The notes: a model not told the origin generated them from the letters alone. A DNA stretch of 62,777 nt from an uncultured Alphaproteobacteria bacterium (GCA_944393205.1 CALXZI010000004.1:1-62777), one strand, 5' to 3'. Numbered from the stretch's first letter, positions 30,904 to 41,210 are shown. Translations and numbers: made by a program.

Positions 30904-31482
30904 ATGACAGTTGTTGCCGTGTGGTGCCGTCATAAAGATGATAATGTTATCGGAATCGGTGCAAATATTCCGTGGCGGGTGTCTTCTGATTTCAGGCGTT
31001 TTCGCCGTTTGACCGAAGGGCAGAATCTGATTGCAGGGGAAAAAACTTATGAAAGTTTTCCTAACAGAACGTTGCCAAACCGAAAGATATACATCTTGAG
31101 CTTTAATCCGGATTATGAGGTGAGCGATACACAAAATCATTTTGTTGTCAATGATGTCAAAGAATTTCAAGATATTGACGGCGTGTTTTATTTGGCGGGC
31201 GGTGCCGGTGTGTATAAAACTTTTATGACTGCAAATGCAAAACTTTTGCCGGATATTGTGGTGGATAGTATTTATCAGGGCGAGCTTAATTCGGAACTTA
31301 AAGGCGAAAAAATTGATATCACGCCTTGTGTGGAGACAATGCATAAGAAATATCAGAAAATTTCAAAAGATTATGAAGAAGACGGCGTAATTACGTCGGT
31401 TTGGCTTAAAAAAGGCGATTTTGTGGATTGCTCGGTAATTAAACATATCTTTAATGCAATTGAAAACAAAGGGGAAAAATAA
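30904..31482 (+). CDS. folA: Dihydrofolate reductase (somewhat long, 192 aa)
   Basis: '[23 protein letters not shown]', 'GEKTYESF' and 'YLAGGAGVY'. AAAGGAG RBS before the ATG at 30904. The stop overlaps the thyA start (TAATG). Confidence 0.8.
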   Translation: MTVVAVWCRHKDDNVIGIGANIPWRVSSDFRRFRRLTEGQNLIAGEKTYESFPNRTLPNRKIYILSFNPDYEVSDTQNHFVVNDVKEFQDIDGVFYLAGGAGVYKTFMTANAKLLPDIVVDSIYQGELNSELKGEKIDITPCVETMHKKYQKISKDYEEDGVITSVWLKKGDFVDCSVIKHIFNAIENKGEK

Positions 31483-32267
31483 TGCAACAATATCTTGATT
31501 TGCTACGTGATGTGATGGAAAACGGCGTGGATAAAATGGATCGTACCGGTGTGGGAACACGTTCGGTTTTCGGCCGGCAGATGCGCTTTGATTTGAACGC
31601 CGGTTTTCCGCTTTTGACCACGAAAAAGGTTCACTTAAAAAGCATTATTTACGAACTTTTGTGGTTCATCAAAGGCGATACCAACGTTAAATATCTGCAA
31701 GACAACGGTGTGCGTATTTGGAATGAATGGGCTGACGAAAACGGAAATTTGGGGCCGGTTTACGGCTCACAATGGCGCAATTGGAACGGCGAGGGGATTG
31801 ACCAACTTGCCAATGTGATTGAAACTTTGAAGAAGAATCCCAATGACCGACGAATGATTGTTTCGGCATGGAATGTCGGTAAAATCAAAGATATGAAACT
31901 GCCGCCTTGCCACATGATGTTTCAATTTTATGTGGCAAATGAAAAACTTTCATGCATGCTTTACCAACGCTCGTGCGATATGTTTTTGGGCGTGCCGTTT
32001 AATATTGCCTCGTATGCGTTGTTGACGATGATGATTGCCCAAGTTTGCGGTTTAAAACTCGGCGAGTTTGTGCATACGTTGGGCGATACGCATATTTATC
32101 ACAATCATTTTGAACAGGTAAAGGAACAGTTGAGCCGGACGCCTTTGAAGCTCCCGACCATGAAACTTAATTCGGATATTAAAGATATTAACGATTTTAA
32201 ATATGAGGATTTTGAATTGGAGGGTTATGAAAGTTACGGCGTATTGAAAGGTAAAGTTGCGGTATAA
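31482..32267 (+). CDS. thyA: Thymidylate synthase (ThyA type)
   Basis: 'DRTGVGT', '[11 protein letters not shown]', '[12 protein letters not shown]', '[21 protein letters not shown]' and C-terminal 'KVAV'. Confidence 0.96.
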   Translation: MQQYLDLLRDVMENGVDKMDRTGVGTRSVFGRQMRFDLNAGFPLLTTKKVHLKSIIYELLWFIKGDTNVKYLQDNGVRIWNEWADENGNLGPVYGSQWRNWNGEGIDQLANVIETLKKNPNDRRMIVSAWNVGKIKDMKLPPCHMMFQFYVANEKLSCMLYQRSCDMFLGVPFNIASYALLTMMIAQVCGLKLGEFVHTLGDTHIYHNHFEQVKEQLSRTPLKLPTMKLNSDIKDINDFKYEDFELEGYESYGVLKGKVAV

Positions 32268-32304
32268 TTTGTTTCATATCAACCGATAAATACGGATTTG
32301 TTAT

Positions 32305-32347
32305 CAAAAAACAACCGCAGACTTTAATGCCGGCGGTTGTTTTTTTG
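32305..32347. terminator. Bidirectional intrinsic terminator
   Basis: AAAAAACAACCGC-loop-GCGGTTGTTTTTTT. Confidence 0.7.
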
Positions 32348-32355
32348 CGCGTGAA

Positions 32356-32931
32356 TCATAAAAATTTGTTTTTTATCAGACGGAGTTTGTGCGTCGTTTT
32401 ATACCAATACATAATGTTGTATAACTGCAGGACAATCTTTTTGGCGGAAATGTCAGTTAACGATTTATTATTTAATGTTTTTACGATTTTTTTGCCGTCT
32501 TGATAGGTGTAACGGTCAAGATGACACAGAATAAAACGAGCGACACTTTCATTGTCAGGGTAGAACAATGTTAAATCATAACATTGTTTCGGATTGTTTT
32601 TCTCAACAATTTCCAACAAACGGTATTCGGCATCGGCAAACGGGATATCCAGTCTCAAAATTGTCGTTGTAAAAGTTACAATCTCTTTGGTTATCGGCGT
32701 GAAAACCTCATCGTGTGATCCCTGATAGTCAAGCAGATAACCGGCAAAACCGTTTAAACGCTCTTGAAAATCCGTTATCAGATAATTTAATTCCCGCCCA
32801 GAAAAAGGCCATGTTTCATATGGTGCAACATCTTGCAAAAGGCGGCGAATATCGGCGCGAAGTTCGCCTTGTTCTTCTAATGACAGATAAGGGTTGTTTT
32901 TCCTTATCACGGCATATTCTTGTAAGTTCAT
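32356..32931 (-). CDS. Hypothetical protein, 191 aa
   Basis: Clean ORF. No family recognised. Confidence 0.5.
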   Translation of the reverse strand: MNLQEYAVIRKNNPYLSLEEQGELRADIRRLLQDVAPYETWPFSGRELNYLITDFQERLNGFAGYLLDYQGSHDEVFTPITKEIVTFTTTILRLDIPFADAEYRLLEIVEKNNPKQCYDLTLFYPDNESVARFILCHLDRYTYQDGKKIVKTLNNKSLTDISAKKIVLQLYNIMYWYKTTHKLRLIKNKFL

Positions 32932-33190
32932 AATATAAGAATTATTGGTTATTGTTTCGCATTATAATTTTTTGGTTGTTTTTGTCAATGAAAAATATTT
33001 TCAGACCTTTGAGGAGCGATGGTGAAAAATCGTTGAAAAGGCTTAAAAAATGCTTGCAATTTTTGCATAATATGCTATCAAACAGGCAGAATTTATTTCT
33101 AACTTCAAAAGGCCGGAAGATCAGGCGTTAAACCGTCTTGAACGATGGCTTTTTTTATTTGTGTAACTTAAAACTTTTAAGGATGCTTAA

Positions 33191-36100
33191 ATGTCAGATG
33201 TAAAAATGAAAATGATGGACGGCAACGAAGCGGCCGCTTCGGTTGCCCACCGCATGAACGAAGTCTGCGTCATCTATCCGATTACCCCGTCTTCACCGAT
33301 GGGCGAATGGGCTGACGCGTGGTCGGCTGCCAAGCAGAAAAACCTGTGGGGCGTTGTGCCGGAAGTTCAGGAAATGCAGTCCGAAGCCGGTGCGGCAGGC
33401 GCATGCCACGGTTCTATTCAGGCCGGTGCTTTGACCACCACCTTTACGGCTTCGCAAGGCTTGCTCTTGATGATTCCGAATATGTATAAAATCGCCGGCG
33501 AATTGTCGCCGTTTGTGATGCATGTCGCCGCGCGTTCGTTGGCTTATCACGCTTTATCAATTTTCGGCGATCATTCCGACGTGATGGGCTGCCGCCAGAC
33601 CGGTTTTGCCATGCTTTGCTCCAACTCGGTTCAGGAAGCGCATGACATGGCCGCGATTGCCCAAACCTCAACGTTACGTTCACGGGTGCCGTTCATGCAT
33701 TTCTTTGACGGTTTCAGAACGTCGCATGAAATCAAAAAAATCAAACTGCTCTCCGATGATGATTTGCGGGCAATGCTGGAAGGCGTTGATTATTCTTTCA
33801 ATGCAAAGCATGCTCTGCGTCCGGAAAAACCGGTCATTCGCGGTACGGCGCAAAACCCTGATGTCTTTTTCCAAGGTCGTGAAGCGGCTAATCCGTATTA
33901 CAAAAAAGTTGAAGGCATTGTGCAAGAGGAAATGGACAAGTTTGCCAAGATTTCCGGTCGTCAGTACCATGTGGTGGACTATGTCGGCGCAGCTGATGCC
34001 GAAGAAGTTATCGTCATCATGGGTTCCGGCGGCGAAACGGTTGAAGAAACCATCGCTTATTTGAACGCCAACGGCGGCAAATTCGGTGTGATGAAAGTGC
34101 ATCTGTATCGTCCGTTCCCCGAGGAATCTTTCTTAAAAGTTCTGCCCAAGTCGGTTAAGATGGTTTCGGTTTTGGATCGTACCAAAGAATCCGGCTCTAC
34201 CGGCGAACCGCTCTATCTGGATGTGGTGGCGACGTTGAGTCAGGCTTATGCCAACGGCAAAATCGCCTCTATGCCGAAAATTGTCGGCGGCCGTTATGGT
34301 TTATCTTCAAAAGAATTTACGCCGGGCATGGTCAAGGCGGTGTTTGACAACGGTTTGTCCGCCAACCCGATTAACGGCTTTTCAGTCGGTATTACCGATG
34401 ATGTCAGCAAAACCTCTTTGCCTTATGATGATTCAATAGATACCGAGCCTAAAGATGTGGTACGCGCCGTGTTTTATGGTTTGGGTGCAGACGGCACGGT
34501 CGGTGCTAACAAAAACTCAATTAAGATTATTGCCGAAGATGCCGGTAAATACGGGCAGGGCTATTTTGTGTATGACTCACGCAAATCCGGTTCCATGACC
34601 ACATCGCACCTGCGTTTTTCGGATAATCCGATTAAGTCGGCTTATCTTATCAGCAAGGCTGATTTTGTGGCTTGCCACCAGTTTCCGTTTATGAACAAAG
34701 TGGATATTTTGAGCATTGCCAAGCCGGGGGCAACTTTCTTGTTGAATGCGCCTTATGAGGCTGACGAGGTTTGGAATCATTTGCCGATTGAAGTTCAGGA
34801 AGAAATCATTGCCAAGAAACTGCAATTTTATACAATCAACGCGGTTGAAGTGGCACGCGCCACCGGTATGGGGCAACGCATCAACACCGTGATGCAAACA
34901 TGTTTCTTTGCGATTTCCAACATCCTGCCCAAAGACGAGGCAATAGACCAGATTAAGGCAGCGATTAAGAAAACTTACAGCAAGAAGGGTGATGCCATCG
35001 TGCAGAAAAACTTTGAAGCGGTGGATGCTTCTTTGGAACATCTGCATAAAGTGGAATATCCGTCAAGCGTAACCTCAAGCTTCCACCGTCAGGCGCCGGT
35101 TCCGGCCGATGCTCCGGAATTTGTCAAGAAGTTGACTGGCGAAATGATTGCCGATCGCGGCAACCAACTTCCGGTTTCGGCTTTTGCCGAAGTGGTGGAC
35201 GGCACATGGCCGACAGGCACCACGCAATATGAAAAACGTTGCATTGCTACCGAAGTTCCGGTTTGGGATCCGGATACATGTATTCAGTGCGGCAAATGCT
35301 CTTTGGTTTGCCCGCATGGCGTTATTCGTATGAAAGTGGCAACCGAAGCTGAATTGCAGGGTGCTCCGGCAAGCTTTAAATCCGCCGATTATAAAGGTAA
35401 GGAATTTGCTGGCAAGAAGTTTATTTTGCAGATTTCTCCGGAAGATTGTACCGGTTGCGGATTGTGCGTTTCGGCTTGTCCGGCACGCAACAAAGCAGAT
35501 GCTTCAAAACGCGCCATCAATATGGATCATATTGAAAATCATTTGGAAGCGCAGAAAGCTAACTGGAAATTCTTTGAAAAACTGCCGTATGTCAAGAGAA
35601 CGGAAGTTGTTAAGAATCTGCCGAAGACAACCCAGCTTATTCAACCGTTGTTTGAATATTCCGGTGCTTGCGCCGGCTGCGGCGAGACGCCTTATGTCAA
35701 ACTTTTGACTCAGTTGTTCGGTGACCGTATGGTTATCGCCAACGCAACAGGCTGCTCTTCCATTTATTCGGGCAACCTGCCGACCACGCCTTATACCAAA
35801 GATGAAAAAGGTCATGGTCCGGCATGGGCAAACTCTTTGTTTGAAGACAATGCCGAGTTTGGTTTGGGCATGCGTTTCTCTATTGATCAGGAAACCAGCG
35901 TTGCCAAATCTTTGCTGGAAGGTCTGAAAGACAAAGTCGGTTCGGAATTGGCTGATAAAATTTTGAACAATCCGCAAACAACCGATGCTGAAATTGACGC
36001 TCAACGCGACAATGTCAAAGCCTTGCGTGCCAAACTTTCCGGTATGGACGGCGAAGATGCCAAGCATTTGGATGTTTTGGCTGATTATCTGATTAAGAAA

Positions 36101-36751
36101 TCGGTCTGGATTTTGGGCGGCGACGGCTGGGCTTATGATATTGGTTTCGGTGGCTTGGATCATGCCATTGCCTCGGGAAAGAATATCAACATTCTGGTGA
36201 TGGATACCGGTGTGTATTCCAACACAGGCGGTCAACAATCTAAAGCCACGCCGATGGGCGCTTCAGCCAAGTTTGCAACTGCCGGCAAAGCTTTGCCGAA
36301 GAAAGATTTGGGCATGATTGCCATGTCTTACGGCAATGTTTATGTGGCGCAAGTTTCTTTCGGTGCTAACGATATGCAGTTGATTAAAGCCTTAAACGAG
36401 GCGGAAGCTTATGACGGTCCGTCCATTGTGATTGCTTACTCACACTGCATTGCCCAAGGCTTTAATCTGGCCGAAGGTATTGAGCATCAGAAGAACGCCG
36501 TTGAAAGCGGTTCTTGGCCGTTGTATCGCTACAATCCGGAAAATATCAAAGAAGGCAAAGCGCCGTTGATGTTGGATTCTAAAGCGCCGACCAAACCGCT
36601 GGCCGACTATATGGCTAATGAAACGCGTTTCCAGATTGTCAATAAAGCCAATCCGGAACGTTATGAAATGCTTTTGAACAAAGCACAAGAAAACGTTAAA
36701 GAAAAACGTCAATTGTTAGAACATATGGCCGAACTTAAAGTTGCCGAATAA
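33191..36751 (+). CDS. nifJ: Pyruvate:ferredoxin (flavodoxin) oxidoreductase, single-polypeptide form
   Basis: 1186 aa. 'MDGNEAAASVAHRMNEVCVIYPITPSS', two 4Fe-4S motifs 'CIQCGKCSLVCP' and 'CTGCGLCVSACP', and the TPP region 'GGDGWAYDIGFGGLDH'. Confidence 0.96.
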   Translation: MSDVKMKMMDGNEAAASVAHRMNEVCVIYPITPSSPMGEWADAWSAAKQKNLWGVVPEVQEMQSEAGAAGACHGSIQAGALTTTFTASQGLLLMIPNMYKIAGELSPFVMHVAARSLAYHALSIFGDHSDVMGCRQTGFAMLCSNSVQEAHDMAAIAQTSTLRSRVPFMHFFDGFRTSHEIKKIKLLSDDDLRAMLEGVDYSFNAKHALRPEKPVIRGTAQNPDVFFQGREAANPYYKKVEGIVQEEMDKFAKISGRQYHVVDYVGAADAEEVIVIMGSGGETVEETIAYLNANGGKFGVMKVHLYRPFPEESFLKVLPKSVKMVSVLDRTKESGSTGEPLYLDVVATLSQAYANGKIASMPKIVGGRYGLSSKEFTPGMVKAVFDNGLSANPINGFSVGITDDVSKTSLPYDDSIDTEPKDVVRAVFYGLGADGTVGANKNSIKIIAEDAGKYGQGYFVYDSRKSGSMTTSHLRFSDNPIKSAYLISKADFVACHQFPFMNKVDILSIAKPGATFLLNAPYEADEVWNHLPIEVQEEIIAKKLQFYTINAVEVARATGMGQRINTVMQTCFFAISNILPKDEAIDQIKAAIKKTYSKKGDAIVQKNFEAVDASLEHLHKVEYPSSVTSSFHRQAPVPADAPEFVKKLTGEMIADRGNQLPVSAFAEVVDGTWPTGTTQYEKRCIATEVPVWDPDTCIQCGKCSLVCPHGVIRMKVATEAELQGAPASFKSADYKGKEFAGKKFILQISPEDCTGCGLCVSACPARNKADASKRAINMDHIENHLEAQKANWKFFEKLPYVKRTEVVKNLPKTTQLIQPLFEYSGACAGCGETPYVKLLTQLFGDRMVIANATGCSSIYSGNLPTTPYTKDEKGHGPAWANSLFEDNAEFGLGMRFSIDQETSVAKSLLEGLKDKVGSELADKILNNPQTTDAEIDAQRDNVKALRAKLSGMDGEDAKHLDVLADYLIKKSVWILGGDGWAYDIGFGGLDHAIASGKNINILVMDTGVYSNTGGQQSKATPMGASAKFATAGKALPKKDLGMIAMSYGNVYVAQVSFGANDMQLIKALNEAEAYDGPSIVIAYSHCIAQGFNLAEGIEHQKNAVESGSWPLYRYNPENIKEGKAPLMLDSKAPTKPLADYMANETRFQIVNKANPERYEMLLNKAQENVKEKRQLLEHMAELKVAE

Positions 36752-36764
36752 GGCGGTTTAATGT

Positions 36765-36799
36765 AAAAAAAAAGCTCTCTGTACGGAGAGCTTTTTTTT
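36765..36799 (+). terminator. Intrinsic terminator after nifJ
   Basis: AAAAAAAAAGCTCTC-TGTACG-GAGAGCTTTTTTTT. Confidence 0.8.
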
Positions 36800-36849
36800 A
36801 ATTGTTTTGGTATTTTGTTTCAGATGATTGTTAAATTGAGGGTGATATG

Positions 36850-36877
36850 TTGACATGAAAAAAGAAGTCTTTATGAT
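36850..36877 (+). promoter_or_regulatory. Sigma70-like promoter candidate
   Basis: TTGACA (36850-36855), 16-nt spacer, TATGAT (36872-36877), about 40 nt upstream of the 36916 start. Confidence 0.4.
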
Positions 36878-36915
36878 GGCATATGTAACGAAATTATTTA
36901 TTAAAAATTATTTGT

Positions 36916-37380
36916 ATGAAAAAAATTAAACGGCACATTCCAAAATCTAAAAAAGTTGTTACACCCTTGCCGATAGTTTATAAAGTCGGTAAGAAACACT
37001 ATGAAGTTGCTCCGTATCTTGATTTGAAGCGCAAAGAACAAGTATGGGGCATTGAAGTGGTTGGGATTTGGTGGAAAAAAATCCATGAAGGCCATGGAAG
37101 TTGGTATTTGGCTCAAGAGTGCGGAAGTGAAGAACTGAAACTTCCCGATGTTCGGAAGCTTGTTTTGTTGCGTAATTATATTGCTGATTTTAATTCAACC
37201 GTGCATCTATTGCAAGTTTACGGTCTTAAGGCCGAAGGTCTTGAAATTTCCAACTATCAGGGGTTTTATTGGGCAGATGATATTTCCCAAAGCTGCGGTG
37301 TTTATATCGGTACGGATTACAGCGTCGTGCGAGATAAAAATGATTTCGGTCACATTCGTCTGGTCCGAAACCCTTATTAA
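36916..37380 (+). CDS. Hypothetical protein, possibly DUF1566 (Lcl C-terminal domain)-like
   Basis: 'LKLPDVRKLVLL', 'GFYWADD' and C-terminal 'GHIRLVRN' loosely fit the DUF1566 pattern (W/LxLPxxxEL ... YWSS ... vRcVR). The family call is weak. Confidence 0.4.
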   Translation: MKKIKRHIPKSKKVVTPLPIVYKVGKKHYEVAPYLDLKRKEQVWGIEVVGIWWKKIHEGHGSWYLAQECGSEELKLPDVRKLVLLRNYIADFNSTVHLLQVYGLKAEGLEISNYQGFYWADDISQSCGVYIGTDYSVVRDKNDFGHIRLVRNPY

Positions 37381-37446
37381 ATGTTATGTGATGTTAAAAA
37401 ATCTCCGTATTACCGGAGATTTTTTAATTTTTGGAATATTGTATAA

Positions 37447-38847
37447 TTATAATTCTCGTCCACGTTTTGGCGATAATGCCGGCGTTTGCATTATCGGCTC
37501 AAGTTTCTTTTTGGCTAAAATTTTACGCCGAATAATACTGCTGTAACGGTGAGCAATTTCATTGATGCCATTAAAGCGTTCTTTTTCTGCCAGAGTTAGG
37601 CGGGAGAACTTATAATTAATCACTTTAGAAGCGTTTTCATCCGTCTCATTAAAATCGGTTTCAAGTTTGCCTAATAAACGCAAAAAACTTAATTTATTGA
37701 TTTCATTATCGGCAGAAAAAGCTGTTTCAGGGTTAAAGGTATCATAAGATTCAACCAAGTATTCTTTCTGAATAAATTGTCGGCATTGATCATATGTCCC
37801 GTCTTTATTATCCGGTTCAATCCTCAAAGGGCGGTATCCATCATCTTCAATACGACGTGCTTTGTCTAAAACCATCATATTATACTGGTGAATGCTATTT
37901 TCATTGATTTGACGAATGCGATTGTTCAGAATTTTTATTCTTGCTGTTTTTTGCCGCATATCTAAAGTATCTTCGGTTGTTGGCTTATTAGGCAAAGAGG
38001 CTTCTATTGTACGAACTTCTTCATAAATTTTGTGCGTGCGGAGATCAGCTTCGTACAATGCCTGAATTTTTAGTTGTAATTCCATGTCTAAAAGTTTATC
38101 GTCTTTTTTCTGATGTACAATCATCTTTATATCATAATATCTTTTGGCATTTTTGCTTAAGGGCAGGGTAAACCGATTGCGGATTTCATCTTTATTAATA
38201 TAAAATTTTGCTTTCGGCGAATCATGATTGTGTGCAAGAACCTGTGTTATGCGTTCTACGCCTGATAGATATTTGCTGGTAATGGTTAGGCGGATAATAT
38301 CATGCAAACGTTCATTGCTTTGCGGAATTGATTGTAATTTTTCGGCAAAAGCTTCGCGGTCTTCTTTCTCAAAAGCAAGGCGCGCAGCATTATAAAGCGC
38401 TGTTTGATATTCTTTTCCGTATTTTTTTTCAAGTTTTTCAATGGCACGGTCGGCACTTTTCATGCGAGGGAAGATGATGTAAATGGGGTTGTTGAATTTA
38501 TCAACATATTCTAAACGCGTGCATGTGAAAGGGGTGACGGCTTTTAATCCGTAATCTATCGGATTTCCAGAATTGTCACAGTCAACTTTTCCACTTTCCA
38601 AATTAACGGAGCAAGTTCTTTCCGGCCGTCTGAACGTTTCATACAAAGTGCGGTAAACGTCACGGTAAACACTCATACCATCAGCATAGAAATTCAACAA
38701 ATAATCGCGCTCTAGAGGCGAGATGCGATATTCATTGCAGGCTTTTTCAATTGTTTCAAGGTTTTCCGCATCAATTTGTTTTTGAATACGGTCAATTTCT
38801 TCCGTGGGAAGATTAACGACTTTTTTTACATCATATTCTTTTTGCAT
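37447..38847 (-). CDS. RelA/SpoT (RSH synthetase-fold) nucleotidyltransferase domain protein with N- and C-terminal extensions
   Basis: The three RSH-synthetase motifs occur in order. 'FPRMKSADRAIEKLEKK' compares with GRVKxxxSxxEKxxRK. 'HDIIRLTI' compares with DIAGLRI. 'YYDIKMIV...LDMELQLKIQALYEADLRTHKIYE' compares with YRSYHLVV...EIQIRTxAMxxWAxxEHxxxYK. The start is the ATG at 38847, or alternatively 38940. Confidence 0.6.
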   Translation of the reverse strand: MQKEYDVKKVVNLPTEEIDRIQKQIDAENLETIEKACNEYRISPLERDYLLNFYADGMSVYRDVYRTLYETFRRPERTCSVNLESGKVDCDNSGNPIDYGLKAVTPFTCTRLEYVDKFNNPIYIIFPRMKSADRAIEKLEKKYGKEYQTALYNAARLAFEKEDREAFAEKLQSIPQSNERLHDIIRLTITSKYLSGVERITQVLAHNHDSPKAKFYINKDEIRNRFTLPLSKNAKRYYDIKMIVHQKKDDKLLDMELQLKIQALYEADLRTHKIYEEVRTIEASLPNKPTTEDTLDMRQKTARIKILNNRIRQINENSIHQYNMMVLDKARRIEDDGYRPLRIEPDNKDGTYDQCRQFIQKEYLVESYDTFNPETAFSADNEINKLSFLRLLGKLETDFNETDENASKVINYKFSRLTLAEKERFNGINEIAHRYSSIIRRKILAKKKLEPIMQTPALSPKRGREL

Positions 38848-38985
38848 ATCACTCTCAAATCTATTTTGTCTATTTTTTTGAATATGGCACAAAAAAAGTA
38901 TTTTGGCAAGATGTTTTTTTACCGTTTTGCTTATTTGCATTGCATGTTTTAATATTTCGGTTTAAATTCAGTATCAGGAGGCATT

Positions 38986-39456
38986 ATGGAACATAAGACA
39001 AACGTTCAAAGGATGTTGGATAAAAGCGGTGCATTGTATAAGTGTTATCATTATGATGCTGCTGCTGGTTTGAATGGGGAAGAAATTGCGACCGTATTGG
39101 GACAAAACCCGTTGCAGGTGTTCAAAACTTTGGTGACAGTGGCGAAATCAAGGCGATATTATGTTTTTATGATACCGGTGGCCAAAGAATTGGATTTGAA
39201 AAAGGCTGCCATATCCGTCAATGAAAAAAATTTGGAAATGATTAAGCAAAAAGAACTTTTGCCGTTAACCGGCTACGTTCATGGCGGATGTTCTCCGATT
39301 GGTATGAAAAAAGTTTTTCCAACCGTGATTGATTCTAGTGTTTGTGGTTTTGAAACGATAATTTTCAGCGCCGGCCGCATAGGTTTGCAGGTTGAAACAA
39401 CTTTTTCTTGTTTGCAAAAACTTATATCCGTTAAAACAGCGGATATCTGTAGATGA
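38986..39456 (+). CDS. ybaK: Cys-tRNA(Pro)/Cys-tRNA(Cys) deacylase YbaK
   Basis: 'VFKTLV', 'LDLKKAA', 'TGYVHGGCSPIGMKK' and 156 aa. GGAGG RBS. Confidence 0.88.
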   Translation: MEHKTNVQRMLDKSGALYKCYHYDAAAGLNGEEIATVLGQNPLQVFKTLVTVAKSRRYYVFMIPVAKELDLKKAAISVNEKNLEMIKQKELLPLTGYVHGGCSPIGMKKVFPTVIDSSVCGFETIIFSAGRIGLQVETTFSCLQKLISVKTADICR

Positions 39457-39644
39457 TATTTTTTTGCCTGTAACGTGACGGAGATATCATTATGTTCGGT
39501 ACAAGAAAGAAAATTTGAACATCTTTGAGCAAAATTGTGCAATTTGATTATTGTTGCGCAAAATATTACATCTTGGTGCAAGACAATTTGCATCTTTAAC
39601 CTTATTCTGAATATGGTTTTAATATTTAGAAAAGGAATGTAAAT

Positions 39645-41066
39645 ATGTTAGGAAGCGCAAACATCATTGTACAGTCCGGAAACAGCGGCGGGGAAGGCGC
39701 CACTGTAACCGCGGTTAACAAGACCGGCTCGGCGATTACATCGGGTGATAAGGTTTGGCTTAATACTTATAATCGTGTAAGTGACCCTGACCCAAAATTA
39801 GAGAATTATGATGTAGATAATTTTTATGGTGATAAAAATTACGTACCTGATATTTCTGGAAATATTTACTATGTAGATACTAATAGACAGGGAAATACTA
39901 GCTTTTATGCTCTCAATCCTGATGGTGAAACCTATGGTAATGCACAATCTTTACCTTATAATTCCGACTCACCAAATCATATACTTTTTAGAGAATCCGA
40001 TGGACAATTAATATGGTTTGCAAGTGATCCAGCCTTGGGAGCTGCCCCAAAGGTATTAACAGAAACAGCTCTCATTAAAACATCAAGTAATAGTACTTGT
40101 TATCTAAATGAATTGTATGGGTATACTCATAGCTACCCTAAAATGAAATCGTTTGGTAAATGGATTTCCCAGGATAACTTTGAGCTTGACCCCTATACGA
40201 TTATTCCAGATGGTATATCGGCAGATAATATTTATGAGCCTATAAGTGAAGTTTGGAAAGATTTGTCATCAACAAATACCTATTATTATCTTTATAGCTC
40301 AAATAATTCTTGTGATATTTATAAATTAATCATTAATGATGACGATAAGACTGTAACTATTTCTAAAACTTCCCAAGATTCTACGTTATATAATATAACA
40401 TGGGCTTGGGTAACCTCTGATAATAATTATTTAATTTTAGGTTATAATAAGGCGGGTAATTTTACAATTACAACTCCGGTACCAGAATATCAGATAGCTT
40501 TGGCAAAAATTGAGAATGATGGAAGTTTGTCTATTGTTGATTCCTCTACTCTTGGAGAATTTGGCTCTATTCTATCTGGTTATAATGTAGTGTATAATAG
40601 ATTTTGTAATATATTAATAGCCACCAAATATGGTGAAAATCCCGAAGTCTTAATGTTTAATTATAATACTGAATCAAAAGCCTTTGAGAAGCAAATTCTA
40701 AATATTAATTTACCTGAAAATATAACCACACAATCTGCTAATGGTATTTCAGGTTATGTCGGAAGTGATGGAAAAACCCTAATAGTACGATATGGGGTTT
40801 ACCAGGATTCAAGCTGGCTTAGTAGTACTACGGTATACCGTCTAACTACTAGTGGAGAATCAACAGAAGCATTCTTATTCAAATCCTCTTTGGTTAACAA
40901 TGATACCATAACAGGCTATGCCGCCGAAGATGCAGGAGTTGATGCAAGTTTTACGGCGAATGTGGCTTCAAAAAGCGGCGGCGGGGGAGACGACGAACCA
41001 GATTATCCTTATGTGGAACAGACTTGCCGACCTCTTGGCTCAAGCCAGCCGAGGGAAGTTTTATGA
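39645..41066 (+). CDS. Hypothetical protein, 473 aa, compositionally mosaic (AT-rich core)
   Basis: AAAGGAA RBS. Gly/Ser-rich N-terminus 'IIVQSGNSGGEGATVTAVNKTGSAITSGDKVWL', an N/Y/S/T-rich core, and a 'SGGGGDDEPDYPY' tail. No family recognised. Confidence 0.55.
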   Translation: MLGSANIIVQSGNSGGEGATVTAVNKTGSAITSGDKVWLNTYNRVSDPDPKLENYDVDNFYGDKNYVPDISGNIYYVDTNRQGNTSFYALNPDGETYGNAQSLPYNSDSPNHILFRESDGQLIWFASDPALGAAPKVLTETALIKTSSNSTCYLNELYGYTHSYPKMKSFGKWISQDNFELDPYTIIPDGISADNIYEPISEVWKDLSSTNTYYYLYSSNNSCDIYKLIINDDDKTVTISKTSQDSTLYNITWAWVTSDNNYLILGYNKAGNFTITTPVPEYQIALAKIENDGSLSIVDSSTLGEFGSILSGYNVVYNRFCNILIATKYGENPEVLMFNYNTESKAFEKQILNINLPENITTQSANGISGYVGSDGKTLIVRYGVYQDSSWLSSTTVYRLTTSGESTEAFLFKSSLVNNDTITGYAAEDAGVDASFTANVASKSGGGGDDEPDYPYVEQTCRPLGSSQPREVL

Positions 41067-41181
41067 AAAGAAAGAATCTTTATAATGTTATACATGATTT
41101 GTACAAGAAAAGCGAAAACGACTCGCATTTTTATGTACAACAATGAACAGAATTGAACAATATGTTTTATCTGACGAAAAT

Positions 41182-41210
41182 AAAAAAAACTAGGCTTTCC
41201 TAGGTTTTTT
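41182..41210. terminator. Weak hairpin with flanking A-run and T-run
   Basis: AAAAAAAA-CTAGG-CTTT-CCTAG-G-TTTTTT. Confidence 0.4.

Noticed and set aside
33100-33160. Leader hairpin plus T-run upstream of nifJ as a possible attenuator or riboswitch terminator.
   Set aside because: The best stems I could draw are only about 5 bp with wobble or mismatch, and the outer pairing is discontinuous. This is not convincing without folding software.
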